A stretch of 51,192 nucleotides of DNA, from positions 30,248,834 to 30,300,025 of the forward strand of contig NC_068994.1 in NCBI RefSeq assembly GCF_001194135.2. The letters are read 5' to 3'. The stretch comes from Octopus bimaculoides. Taxonomy: Eukaryota. A program made the position numbers and the translations under genes. The notes under the pieces are model-generated. The model had not been told where the DNA came from and searched no databases. It saw only the letters and a list, made by a program, of their open reading frames with translations. Below, one piece after another: positions 12,001-25,368 of this stretch (its first letter is position 1; each line of letters begins with the position of its first letter).

Positions 12001-12993
12001 AATAAAATGTTATGTGGTACGTAGGACAGTAGATTGAGTAAATCAGAGGTATTAAAACCGTAACCGTCCAATATTTTAGGGAAGTATCTAAGATAACATT
12101 ATGTGGAATGTCCATAGGATGTAATACAGATTTGGCTGCTATTTCTACGTGAGTGAGCAGACATGTTCGTCCAGGACAATAGAGTTATCAAGACGTGATA
12201 GGGAAGAACATTCTTAGATGTTCCATGATTTGAGTGAACGATACCATATCTGATCTCCATCACGATTATTTGAAACCAAATATATAGAAAGTGGAATGGT
12301 AACCACTCCTAACAGAAATAGGCATCAAAAACTGCAAAGACGAACATAACAGGAAAACAAAGTGAAGACGGAATACTATTGTTCCTAAGCCTAAGAAACA
12401 AATCAGGCATAAACTCGACAATTATTGATGGAATAAAAAAATTTTCTCTCGGTTTATATTTTATCTTCTTAGAATTTATGTTGTGAATATCTTGTTCTGG
12501 CTGTAAACAAGCTAATTCAAAACTCCAGTCTTCGATCATGCATTAATGTCATTACTAAGTGAAGAAACCTTTTTCGGGTGAAAATATTCTTTTTTGTAAT
12601 TACCGGACATTTATTTTTCAATATTACGGTAATTTGCTACTGTAATGTAAAATGAAGATAATATTGTCGTTTAGCTCTGGTCAAACTGTCGACAATACAT
12701 GTTCAGCACCATTCGACCTGTGACGATCTTTCTTTCTACGAATATCTAAGACTAGGTTTTCCAAGGTGCCCCCCTCTGTTTTCAAGACAGATAGAGTCTG
12801 ATTCAAGAGCTTGCTGTTATTTCTAACAGTGCAACCTACCATGCGAAGGTAAACATCGGTTCTGAGGAGAAAGCGATTGAAGTAGAATGTGCAATATTGG
12901 AGTAAACAGATGAAAGAAGAATAGATTGAATTGCAACGACAAAGAATTGTGCTTCGCTCTATCTATTTGTATATCGGACGAGTGTTTTGGCGT

Positions 12994-13540
12994 GGACATG
13001 AAAGAAACACACGTGTGTGTATGTACAAGATTAGTGGCTCAGTTTATTTGTATGTCGGATATGTGGAAGGAAAAAGTGATTATAGATGCATGGTGTTTCA
13101 TTGTCGACTTCGATTTTGAAAAAGAGGGAGAAAAAACAAAATTGATGTTTCACTGAGTCGTTAGACGGGACATGACGGGGAGGGAGACTGATGTGTATAA
13201 CATTGGCTGTTCACTGTAGATTAGTTATATCTGACATGAATGGAGGGAAAGCATAGTTGTGTGTATATATAAAGATTACTGATGTTTCATTATCGACTTC
13301 AATCTGGAACAGAATAAAGGGAGAAAAAAAAATATATAAAAATAACGTTTCCACTACATAGGGTCATATATGGGACATGAAGGTGGGGAGAATATGTACA
13401 AAACATTGATGTTTCACTGTAGACTTGTAAAGGGCGGGAAAGAATATATCTAAGAAGTGAAGCAAGCACTAACACACACACTAGGAAATAATTGCTGATC
13501 CATTGTAGACTTGATATATCAGACATGAAGGGTGGGAGAA
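12994..13540. repeat. Degenerate ~65-bp tandem repeat (about 7-8 units)
   Basis: TGATGTTTCACTGTAGAC-like motif at about 13091, 13143, 13204, 13280, 13344, 13407 and 13496, alternating with GACATGAAGG(G)TGGGAGA-like motifs. Confidence 0.55.
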
Positions 13541-13776
13541 TGTTTGATTATTTTTCAGTTGATCGAAAGTAAGAGATGATGATGGACTTACATTCCAGCC
13601 TCCACTTAACGAGAGAACTGTGAATCTGCTGCGGCCATAGGTTGCTTCCCTTTGTTAAAATTACCATGGCCGACCTACTTTCCTCTATTCTCATTTGTGA
13701 GAAACACTTGAACAATGACTAGAATTTTTTTTTATCCCGGTTACATTTCCAACAGAAATATTTAGTTTGATAGGTT

Positions 13777-13826
<50 letters not shown>

Positions 13827-15308
13827 ATACACATACACTATGTAATAAGAATATAATTTATATATTTCTTTATCAAAAATCTGCAAATAAAAGAAATATA
13901 AAAATTTTGGTAATAATCTCCATCCCTCCACCTAAACAATTCCAAAACCTCCTTCCCTCCATAATTAAGATTTTGTTTTTATATCTCCCAATTATACTTT
14001 TTTTTTTATTAGTTTGTTTCTAGAAATATATAATTATTTTTGAAAACCAAATATTTTTTTCATAAATGAACGACTTTTTATTATGATCATATAATAAATA
14101 GAATTTAGTTAGAGAATTTAAATAATCCATCAATNNNNNNNNNNNNNNNNNNNNNNNNNNNNNNNNNNNNNNNNNNNNNNNNNNNNNNNNNNNNNNNNNN
14201 NNNNNNNNNNNNNNNNNNNNNNNNNNNNNNNNNNNNNNNNNNNNNNNNNNNNNNNNNNNNNNNNNNNNNNNNNNNNNNNNNNNNNNNNNNNNNNNNNNNN
14301 NNNNNNNNNNNNNNNNNNNNNNNNNNNNNNNNNNNNNNNNNNNNNNNNNNNNNNNNNNNNNNNNNNNNNNNNNNNNNNNNNNNNNNNNNNNNNNNNNNNN
14401 NNNNNNNNNNNNNNNNNNNNNNNNNNNNNNNNNNNNNNNNNNNNNNNNNNNNNNNNNNNNNNNNNNNNNNNNNNCTTTCTCTCTTTCTGCAGCCAAAATA
14501 TAAAAAAAAGCCAATGTGATCGAGCTGTTCAGTCTATCGAGATCTTAGAAAGAAAATACGCTTAACATCGATTAGTTTATCCAATTTTAATACAGTTTAG
14601 TGGTTAATTAATTTTATAATAATGCGGTGAGATTAATTTTATAATAAAAAGGCGAGATTGGCTTGTATAGATTGAAATAGAATGAGACTTGCGGTGTAAA
14701 AAATAATTACGAAATAATATCTTATGCAAATTGTTCGCTTTTCTACCTGTGTCAAAAATATTGATTTCTATCTTGGTTGGGTAACATACCGGTATAGGAA
14801 AGGTTATGGGTAATGGAATCAACCTTAAACCTGCGTTTAAAACGGGTATTCATGTATGGGAATTGGCAGAATCGGTAGACCAACGGATAAATGCCTAATG
14901 GTATCTAACTACGGCCCTTTACGTTCTGAGTTCAAATCCTGTTGAGATTAAAGTTGCCGTGCATCCTTGCTGGGCGATAAAATACAAGTACCATTCAAGT
15001 ACTCGATTTAATAATACTATAATGGAATTTCAATAGATGAAAAAAGCCACAATGTGGTTGCTGGCTCTTTTAGAAATAGCAGCAAAATCTCTTTCAGATA
15101 TCACTGTTATTGGAAAAGTAGAGAAAGATGCACTGAATTTGAAAGGACAAAACAGTAACACTTTGGTCGTAGGTTTGCTATGTCAGAGATGAATAATTTT
15201 ACTCACTCCTAGAGAGATGGAAGGTAGAAATGTCAACTAAGTTTGAACTTTGAAGATAGAGTGAATTAAATGTTGGATGGCGTTTAGGGCAGTTCCATAT
15301 AAATGAGT

Positions 15309-15691
15309 TGTTGGCACTCCGTCGCTTACGACGTCGAGGGTTCCAGTTGATCCGATCAACGGAACAGCCTACTCGTGAAATTAACGTGCAAGTGGCTGAG
15401 CACTCCACAGACACGTGTACCCTTAACGTAGTTCTCGGGGATATTCAGCGTGACACAGTGTGACAAGGCTGACCCTTTGAATTACAGGCACAACAGAAAC
15501 AGGAAGTAAGAGTGAGAGAAAGTTGTGGTGGAAGAGTACAGCAGGGTTCGCCACCATCCCCTGCCGGAGCCTCGTGGAGCTTTAGGTGTTTTCACTCAAT
15601 AAACACTCACAACGCCTGGTCTGGGAATCGAAACCGCAATCCTATGACCACGAGTCCGCTGCCCTAACCACTGGGCCATTACGCCTCCACT
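15309..15691 (-). mobile_element. Intact tRNA-derived SINE (family D) with 12-bp target-site duplication
   Basis: Minus-strand head GGAGGCGTAATGGCCCAGTGGTTAGGGCAGCGGACTC...GGTTTCGATTCCC (A and B boxes), CpGs retained, flanked by identical ATATAAATGAGT at 15297-15308 and 15692-15703. Confidence 0.9.
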
Positions 15692-16564
15692 ATATAAATG
15701 AGTAAGCCAGAGGATTATGCCAAACTTCTGTGTCTGCTTTGGCATGATGGCTTGATGCCTTTCCTTACACCAACCACTTTCCAGAGTGTACTGGATGTTT
15801 TTACATGCGACCAGCACCAGTGAGGTCACCAAATAAAACAAGTAACAAGACCCCTGAAGTCAAGGTGTAATTGTATTGAAGGTGGTGTCTTTGTGTCAGA
15901 TGATGAGAGGTTAAAGTATGATAGAAATGGTATTAGAATTTAAAAGGAGAAATAATAACTACTAGCATTGAATCTATTAAAAGCTATATATAAAATAAAT
16001 TTTCAATTGTAGTGTCTGAAATGCATTCAATGGTTGTATTGGTTTCAAATTTCAGCAGAAGTAACTGAGCATTTGTCCCCTTCGCTCAGTCCAACTCTCC
16101 TCGTTTCTCCCTCTCTTTCACGCTCATTTATTAATTCATTTATCTAATTTTGTCACAGTTTGGCTGACCGCAAACTCTTGGTTATAGCTCTAGTTAAGAA
16201 TTCAAATGCTCAATTCTATCTCATTATTATCATTAATATTTTCTCACACCGGCAGAGTTTTTGCTGTTTCGTGGTGCGACCACCCTCCCACTCCCACCAC
16301 CTATACCAGAAGTCTCTATCCTCTGATCTTTATCGGATGTCTCTCCCATGAACACCTCCAAAGGCTTAATGTTCCCCCATCCCTACTTAGGGTTTGTCTC
16401 CTTGTAATGTAGTGATTATGTAATGCATAAAATGATGGTGTAGTGTATGCAGGCTGAAGGCTATTGTATGATTATGAGTTCTACCAAATGCAAGCTTTCT
16501 TTTCAGGTACATGACGCTGCTATCCTCCATCCCAGGGTCTCACTGGCCCACACCTCCCATGAGT

Positions 16565-17115
16565 TGGCACACTGAAAGGTAGGTCTGGTGAGATTGTTGA
16601 GATGCTTAAATGGAAACATGCAGATTTGTGTTGCATTCTAGGTTCCTCACAGGCAAAGAACATAGGTATAAGATTTTCTGGGCAGGGAACACTGACAGGG
16701 TCGGGGGCATGGATATACTTCTTGAAGAGAAATGGGTTGATAAAGTAATTGAGGTAGTCAGAGTTTGTGATAGAATACTTAAGATTAGATTAGTGCAGCA
16801 ACATGGGTTAGCAACCATTATCTTGGCCTATGTCCCTCAGCCAGAGCAACCTGATGAACAGAAAGATAAATTTTATGATACCCTCTTGCAGACTACCTCA
16901 TTGATGAATGACAGGGACCTTCACTTTGTGGCTGACAACTTCAATGGACATGTTGGACAACATGCAGGGGGCTTCCAAGGAGGCTATGGTTTTGGTTCCC
17001 GCAATGAGGAGGGAACCAGGCTGCTAGAGTTCTGCAATGTAAATGATCCTATGGTTTGTAATGCTAACTTTGGGAAACCTAACAGTCACCTATTCACCTA
17101 CCAATCTGGTGGAGA
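16565..17115 (+). mobile_element. RTE-clade LINE APE endonuclease fragment, same family as 2398-2973
   Basis: GTLKGRSGEIVEML, YKIFWAGNTD, FYDTLLQ, NFNGHVG, GYGFGSRNEEGTRLLEFC. Nearly colinear with the minus-strand copy. Confidence 0.88.
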
Positions 17116-17280
17116 CACTATTTTGATTGACAAAACTGAGATGTAAAATTCAGCTGCTTTGATTAGCCATTTTGAATCCTGCTCGAGACGAACACACTTC
17201 AATAACCACACACACTTTTTCCATTTCATTTTCACTATTAACCATCCTTGCAACCCCCTTTGTGTCTACGATGGGGCCAC

Positions 17281-17870
17281 AAACTATACAATGAAAATCC
17301 AGAGTTACTTATGGTCAGTGAATTTTTAATAAAATTGTTAAGGTGGTTTATCAATTCAGAAATCAATATCTACAAAATAATCATACTTTTTGATTTTTTA
17401 ATTCTAAAACCCTTCCCGATGACTGTCTTGGTAATCCCCAAAAATATCATAACCATTGGTCCAGCCATCTGGCTGTGAGGAGGGAACAGACAAAGAGATG
17501 AACAGATGGACAGATAGATGGACATAACACCCATTATAGTAAGATAGCAAATCTGCCCATCTACAATGGGAAATAAAGGGAAAATATCACAAATCTAAAC
17601 CTTCTAAATTCATGAACTATATGGGGATGGGTGGAAATCCAGAGTTTAATCCTCATCACTGGAATTTTAACAAAAAAAAAAAAAAAAAAAAAAAAAATCA
17701 AAGGTGATTTATTAATACAAAACTCAATATCCACTAAATAATCATACTTTTTCACTAACAACCTTCTTGATTACCTCCTTTGTAATTCTGAAAAACATTG
17801 TGACCATTGGTCCAGCCATTTGACCATAAATAGGGAACAGACTGATGGACAAAACGCCCATTATAAGATT
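17281..17870 (+). repeat. Two diverged direct copies (17281-17545, 17615-17869) of a ~260-bp unit; possible Helentron-associated (HINE/DINE-1-like) element ends
   Basis: Both units share GAAATCCAGAGTT, AATAATCATACTTTT, ACCATTGGTCCAGCCAT, GGGAACAGAC, GATGGAC and CCCATTATA(GT)AAGAT. The family assignment is from recollection only. Confidence 0.45.
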
Positions 17871-19544
17871 TGTTGTCAAAGTATCACCCATATGCTTTCA
17901 TGAATCTGTTATTATAAAACGTTAAACATTTTGAGGGCATAGGGTCAAACATCCCATGATATGTAGTTGTGGTTCTTCCCACAAAGGTGAATTTATTGGT
18001 AATATTGATTTCAAATTTTGGCCCGAGGTCAGCAATTTTGGGGGAGAGATAAGTCAAAGAGGTCAACCCAAGTGTTCAACTGGTCCTTATTTTATTGATC
18101 TTGAAAAGCAGTCGACCTCATCAGAAATTAAACTTAGAACATAAAGATGAACGAAATGCTGCAAAGCAATTTGCACAGCATGCTAACAATTCTTGCTGCC
18201 TTAGTTTATTGGTACCCTCATCACTTGTTGAGGTTTTTTCCTTGTCAACAATGGAAGCAGAGATGTTAATGGAGGTATCTCTGTGTAACTACTTTACCTG
18301 TTACAAATAGCTTTTAAATCGCATCCTATGGTCTGAAAATGATGCGAGACACACATTGAACCAAGTTGTGACATACAAAAAAAGACAAAATGTTCAGGAA
18401 TGGAATATCTCTCATTATTGATCTACTGAAAGTGGTAGATTGGCAGATTGGTAGAGTATCAGGAAAAAAAAAAAAAAAAAAATTATTGCATTTGTTTCAG
18501 CTCATTTCATTCTGAGTTCAAATCGTACCAAGTTTAGCCAAATTTAAATTTGACTGATTGTTTGACTTACCTTCTTTTGTTTGAGCCATTGGACTGCAGC
18601 CATGTTCAGGCACTACCTTGAAGGGTTTAGTTGAAAAAATCCAGCACCAGTACTTATTTTTAAACCTGATACTTGTTCTACTGGTCTCTCTGCCACACCA
18701 TGAGGTTATAGTGATGTAAATAAACTAACACTAGTTGTCAAGCAGTGGTGGGGGACATATACACACATACTTTTTCCATGGGTGAATAGGTTTTTGGTGT
18801 AAAGTGTTACTTATTTTAATCCAATATTATTTTATCTTTGAGATTCAACATCTTGAAATTTGATTTCCATGTATGTATTCCACAGCACTAGCAGGGGGCT
18901 TCTATTGTAAATGCACAGTAATTTATTGTCCAGTACTAATTCACTTATGTTACAAGTTCATACAAATGCAATATGCTCTTCTACATACAGATGCTGCTCG
19001 CATTAAAACCTGTCTGAGACTCCATGTGTGTGTGTGTGTATATCAATCCAGTACACTCTATTTCACTCTTTCTATAACTACCATCCACTACTTTCCCTCA
19101 CCTAGACCATCTGTATTTGTTACCCACCACCTACTTTTGCTATGTCCACCGCTGCTATTGCCCATCATTCCCCTCCTGTTGCCATGCCAACAATTGTCTC
19201 TACCATCCTATTCTTCCTGCTTTCACTCACCCATTCTGACCTGCCACTGTGCTCTAATCCTCAACCAGATGACCTGAGTGGAAATATGTCTTAAGTTATT
19301 GAGTGAGAGGTGAGTGACAGAAAGCCCCCTCTAGTGTGATTAGTAAGCAGGCAGTAGTCTCAAAATGTCCATTAGTTATGTCTCACCAAAGACTATACAA
19401 TCTCTAGTGGGTTCGTGAAAAATACATCCAGTTCACATTGTGAAGTGGATGGCAGAGAAAGCATTGAACTGTGAGACCCCCTTTAGTCCTATCTCACCAA
19501 GGACTTATCAATCTCTGGTGTTGGTGCTATGAGAAAATGTACTC

Positions 19545-19710
19545 AGTACTCTCTGAGTGGTTGGCGTTAGGAAGGGCATCCAGCTGTAGAAACTCTGCCA
19601 AATTAGATTGGAGCCTGGTGTTGCCATCCGGTTTCACCAGTCCTCAGTCAAATCGTCCAACCCATGCTAGCATGGAAAGCGGACGTTAAACGATGATGAT
19701 GATGATGATA
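19545..19710 (+). mobile_element. family A SINE
   Basis: GAGTGGTTGGCGTTAGGAAGGGCATCCAGCTGTAG...GGAAAGCGGACGTTAAAC(GAT)n. Confidence 0.85.
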
Positions 19711-20869
19711 TACTCTGTAAAAAGGTTGGTGATAGGAAGAGTATCCAGATATAGAAACCAAACCAAATGACATCAGTAACTTTCAATAAGGACTTAGATC
19801 CTGATGACCTGTCCAACCCATACCAGCATGGAAAGCAGACACACAATGACAATGATAATATCTCAAATATCCAATTCCTGCAGCATGGAAGTTAAATGAT
19901 GATGGCGATGATGACAAAACTAAAATTACGCAAATATAAAATTGCAGAAGGACTTTATAATGTAATGCCTGTATAAAAATATATTTCTATCCTAAAAGCA
20001 TATGTAAATATTCAAATATGTTTATGAAATACTGAAGGATGACCTCAGGATGCTGAACGTTTCAGACAAAGGACTGAGATACCAGGCACCTTGAAGTACT
20101 CAAGAAGGCCTATATTTCACAGCATAAGCATTAAGGCTGCTCCCTCTGGCGAAAAGGATTGGCCTGCAAGAGTCTTCTGCTGGTACCACGTAAAAAGCGT
20201 TCATGCCAGTGCCATATGAACGCACTCATGTGGTGCCATGTAAAAGCACCCAGCATACTCTGCAAAGGAGTTGGCATTAGGAAGGGCACCCAGCCATAGA
20301 AACCATGCCAAATCAGACTGGAGCTTGGTGCATCTCTCCAGTTCTGGTCAAACCATCCAGCTCATGCCAGCATGGAAAAACAGATGTTAAATGATGATGA
20401 TGATGATGTTTCATTACTAAGTCCAAACATTAAAATTGTACAAACAATAATTCACCTTAGACACTTAGACATTGGCAAAGTCATCAGTGTAGTGGACAGA
20501 ATGCTACAGAGTATTTATTCTGGTTCTCTATGTCACTAAGTTCAACTTTGTCTTTTACTCTCTCAGTATCAGCCAAGTATAGTGGATTGGGAGAATGGCT
20601 AGTGTTGGACACGATGTCTTGTTGTTTCTGTACTGGCATTTTGCACACCTGTTACCAAACTATTGGCCTCACATTTGTCTTAGGAGATACTATTGGTGCC
20701 ATGGAGATTGGAGACTTGCATGCACAAGGAAAATGTAGTCTGAAGTACACTGTCACTGAAAAAAGCTACCAGATATTTGGTCACAGATGGAGTGTCTCTG
20801 AACAAAAATCTGTTCAATGTGAACCAAACTAAAGTTAAACAGCAGCAGCAACAACAACAATAATAATGA

Positions 20870-21081
20870 TTTCAAATTTTGGCTCAAAGCCAGCAATTTC
20901 AGGGGAAGGAGTAAATTGATTGCATCAACTCCAGTGCTCAACTGGTATTCATTTTATCAATCCTGAAAGGATGAAAGGCAAAGTTGTCCTCCATGGAATT
21001 TGAACTCAGAATGTAAAGATGGATGAAATACTGCTAAGCATTTCATTTGGTGTGCTAAAGATTCTGCCAGTTTGCAGCCTT
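20870..21081 (-). mobile_element. family C SINE
   Basis: CTGGTA...TTTTATCAATCCTGAAAGGATGAAAGGCAAAGTTG...GAATTTGAACTCAGAA...TTCTGCCAG, reverse complement of 3320-3490. Confidence 0.7.
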
Positions 21082-22499
21082 ATAGAAATAGAAGCCAAAT
21101 CCCTCAAATCACATACCACCGACTTAAAAAGGAAGGACTTTCTATAATGTTGACTTAGATACAACAAAAGCCAAGATGGTCACAGTTGAAAGATTTTAGT
21201 CATAGCAAAACACTTTAAATTTGAGCTTAGGCATTTAAAGTTGCTTTTAAGAAGTCAAAGTGTAAAGGCACCATGTTGTTTAGTGGTGAAATTTTAAAAT
21301 ATTTACACAAAATACAGAAACTCACCCGAAAATGTTGAGTAAATAATAGAAACAGTAGCTCAATGTGCCTTAAATCATTTCAGCCTACAAACTTATACAT
21401 ACTTGTGAAAATATCAACATATACTACTTTCCATCTCCACCTGATCACTCACACTCTTTTTTACAATATGAGTAGTCCTGTAACTACACTACATCTAGAG
21501 ACCTGTTCTACTCTGGCCCTTTCCCCTCATATTTTACCCTATCTATACCTCATTTCCTAGTATAAAGTTACCCTTCCTTAGGGTTCCTAGTCTTGCAAGC
21601 TGCATGAAGACCTCACTAATGCTGATAGCACAAAAAAAATAAAAAATAAAATAAAATCCAGTACATGCTATAAAGTGGTTGGTTATGATAGGAAGGGCAT
21701 TTAGTTCTTGGACCATTGGATCTTGTCAAACTATCCACCCCATGTCAGCATGGAACATGGTCACTAAAACGATCATGATAATAATATATAGTTAATGTAG
21801 TATGGGGAAATGGTCAAAAGGTTTGTCTTGTAACCACAAGATCAGTGTTTGATGCTATTGCATGGAATCTTGGGCAAGTGTCATTTTCTAAAGTGTTGCA
21901 TTGACCCATTCCTTGTGAGTGAAAATGGGTAGAAACTGCATGGAAGCTTTGGATGGATTGTGCATATAAACTCACAAAGTAGAGCCATGTCACACTGATT
22001 CTGCCTGTTAGGAGTAGACTTGTCTGTGAAATATTCAACCAGTTGATTAAACAACTGAATCCTTATCATTGAACAGAGACCCAAGTGTGGTTGTGTGTGT
22101 GTGTATAGATATAACTTTTACTTTTTGTTTCAGTCATTAGACTGCAGCCATGCTGGGGTATTGTCTTGATGAATTTTAGCCAAATGAGTCAACCCCAGGA
22201 CTTACTAATCTTTTTTAAAGCCTAGTACTTATTCTATTGCTCTCCTTTTGCTGAACCGCAAAGTTATGGGGATGTAAACTTACAAACACTGGTGCCAGAT
22301 AATGGGACTGAATTGAAGCCATGTGGTTGGGAAGGAAACTTCTCAACAACATAGCCAAGATTTAGGAACAAAGACTTTGTGGTTATGTTGTTGAGAAGTT
22401 TCCTCCCCAACCACATGGCTTCAATTCAGTCCCATTATGTGGCACCTTGGGCTAGTGTCTTCTACAATAGCACTAGGCCGAGCGTGGCTGTTGCTAGTA

Positions 22500-22870
22500 C
22501 CGCCTTACTGGCCCTCATGCCAGTGGCAAGTAAAAGCATCCACTACACTCTCGGAGTGGTTGGTGTTAGGAAGGGCATCCAGCTGTAGAAACTCTGCCAG
22601 ATCAGACTGGTGCCTGGTGCAGCCATCTGGTTCGCCAGTCCTCAGTCAAATTGTCCAACCCATGATAGCATGGAAAACGATGATGATGATGATGATCACC
22701 ATCATCATTTAACGTTTGTTGTCCATGCTGGCATGGTTGGACGGTTTGACATGACCTGGCAAGCTGTACCAAACTCCAGTCTGATTTGGCATGGTTTCTA
22801 TGGCTGGATGCCCTTCCTAACACCAATCACTTTACAGAGTGTGGTGGGTGCGTTTACATGGCACCACCAA
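22500..22870. mobile_element. Two family A SINEs joined tail-to-tail (+ 22500-22696, - 22697-22870)
   Basis: GGAAAAC(GAT)n directly followed by CACCATCATCATTTAACG and the reverse-oriented body (GGCTGGATGCCCTTCCTAACACCAA). Confidence 0.75.
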
Positions 22871-25039
22871 AAGGATTGGTCTCAACACTTCTGCTGTGGA
22901 GTACAGGTCTTCTTGAGTTTGGCAAGGCGCCAGGCATCTTGCACACACACACACATATATATATATATATGTGCATGTGATAGTCGTAAATGAGTGTCAC
23001 TGTCATACAAGCAGTGTCTGTCTTCAGTGAAAACATGTCTGGCCATGGGGGATTATTATCTTATTTGGAAACAAGGATTGGCAACAGGAAAGGTGTCTGG
23101 CTGTAGAAAATATGCCTCTGTCTGAGCCAAGGAAGCATTGAAAAGTGGACATTAAACTAATGATGATGATACATAAATATATATGCAGGCATCACTATGG
23201 ACAATAAATGTTCTTTACCCTTTAACTATTTTAGACAATCAACCAACCTTTCTCTTAAGTTTTCTTTACATTCCACACAAAAGAGTAGCCCATTACTAAA
23301 TCTCGAAGGTGGATGACACACTACCTACATTCAGAGAGTCAACCACTGTTATACCTGGAAGAGAATCATTAAACAAGCAAAAGAAAAGTTTGAACAGCAC
23401 ACAACCTGCTGTCTCTCACCCACCAACAGGTAGAATCTCCTGGCCTCTTCCCACAAAAATCTCCACTGGCTTTGTGGACCTTAGATTAGCCTTTGGGTAT
23501 GTGGGTACTTTGAAAATACATCACAGAGTGACGACCATGCCCTGCATAGTTGCAGGTTGCCCTCTAGCAAGGTATAGCACCTGTTCAGCCAGCCTACCAA
23601 GGATATTGTGAAGTCATGGGACTGCAGTATGGCAGATTGTGAAGAGGTAGCAGAAGAGCTCAACTGAGCCAACAGTGTTTCTTATATTGATGCTGAGCAA
23701 AGGAATCCAAGAAGATCAACAGCCAGGGTCACCAAGCTTTATCAAGAATAACTGCAACACATCTGTAAATGAAAAATTAACTGACTTAAGCTCTCAATTC
23801 AAAATCATGGAATTGTTTGGCAACAGAGTCATGAGAATCCACGAAAGCAGTGCAACCAAGAATGATTAGCCTGCAAAGGGCACAGGCAGTGACTTCAGAC
23901 CTTAGCAAAAAAAAAAACAGTCCACTAACTTGTGAGGAAGAGACACTCCAATACTTGACTGATACTTTACTATTGTGACTCCAAATGAGAAGCAATATTG
24001 ATCTTAGTGGGAAGAACCACAACTAAATACCACAGGATATTTGCTCTCAGACTGTAAGATTTTATAAAACTCATGATAGCATGAGTAAAACTATGACTAA
24101 AATAACATCAATTGGGACTAATACTCAACATAGTAATTTGAAGCTGCAAGAAATCTCAACCCAGATGTCTATGATAACAGCATGCTTACTGAAAAAAAGC
24201 TCCAACTCCAGGTTCTATGCCCTTGATATCTCTTCCCTACCAGTCTCAGTATCACCAATCATTCTAATCTAACAGCTTCACTTCCATCACCCTTAAACGG
24301 TACACTCCAGAGTTATCTCCCATCAGATCCAAACTCTTCATTCTCCCTCTGTAGTTCATTTCACTTCTTAAAAACGGAGGTAGTATCTCCTATTTCAACC
24401 AAAAAATGGAAGAGAGGGGATTATTGCCCTTGTTTTTAACAACTCTGGTGATGATAATTGTAAATAATTATTTTCTTTATCACGTTGAATCTCTTTCTTT
24501 TCTTCTCCTCAGAGTCCACTGCAACAGCTACAATAAAGATTGACTGGAGACTAATTGCTATATGGCCCTTACCAATGAATCGTTAAATGTGAGGACTTTA
24601 TGTGAAATTTTTGAATCAGAAATTTCCTGGTAGACTGCAACTACTGCTGCATGTGCTGATGGTGTTCTTTCAGACTCCACCCACATACTATGAAGTCTAG
24701 CACACCCCAAAGTTCAGTAATGTCTCCAACATACTTCCGTTTAAACATCAACAACCTATTTGTTTCCAATGAACACTCTTATGTGGATATGATAAATCAC
24801 TCATTTACATTTCACACAAAAGTGTCATTTACACATCTCGAGATGCTTCATGAAGTTTGAACTTGGGAACATCATTCAACAGAAAACATGACAACCTGAT
24901 CTCTCTTTCAACACCACAATCACTACACATTTCAAAGAAACAGATTCATATGTAAAACATTGCTTTAGTTATAGATAACTTAGACCATCAAAGTCACTAC
25001 AAATTTGAGTCAATAAAAAATTGTTACTGTAACTCTTTT

Positions 25040-25368
25040 ATCTTCTATTTGTTTCAGTTAGTAAACTGTGGCCATGCTGGGGCACCAGCTTGAAGGAGTT
25101 TTAGTCGAATGTATCAACCCCAGAACTTTTTTTCAACCTAATACTTATTCAATCGATTTCTTTCACCAAACTGCTACAGGAAATTAAACACACACACACA
25201 CACATATGTAATGGGCTTCTTTCAGTTTCTGTCTACCAAATCCACTCACAAGGCTTTGGTTAGCCCAAGACTATAATAGAAAACATTTGCCTAAGGTGCC
25301 ACGCAATGGGACTGAACCCAGAACCATGTGGTTGGGAAGGAAGCTTCCTACCACACAATCATGCCTGT
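25040..25368 (-). mobile_element. Near full-length family B SINE
   Basis: Minus strand shows head GGCATGATTGTGTGG...GGGTTCAGTCCC, the GGCACCTTAGGCAAATG core, an internal (TG)n and the 3' body. Confidence 0.75.

Noticed and set aside
2398-17115. Apparent shared breakpoint (TYQS.GD) in the two RTE endonuclease copies suggesting a deletion-derivative family
   Set aside because: The minus-strand copy continues as LINE sequence beyond the SINE insertion, so only the plus-strand copy ends there.
23220-24900. Traces resembling Penelope-like RT and endonuclease (FTFHTK-type segments near 23265 and 24790)
   Set aside because: Too decayed to call without a profile search; no intact diagnostic motif.
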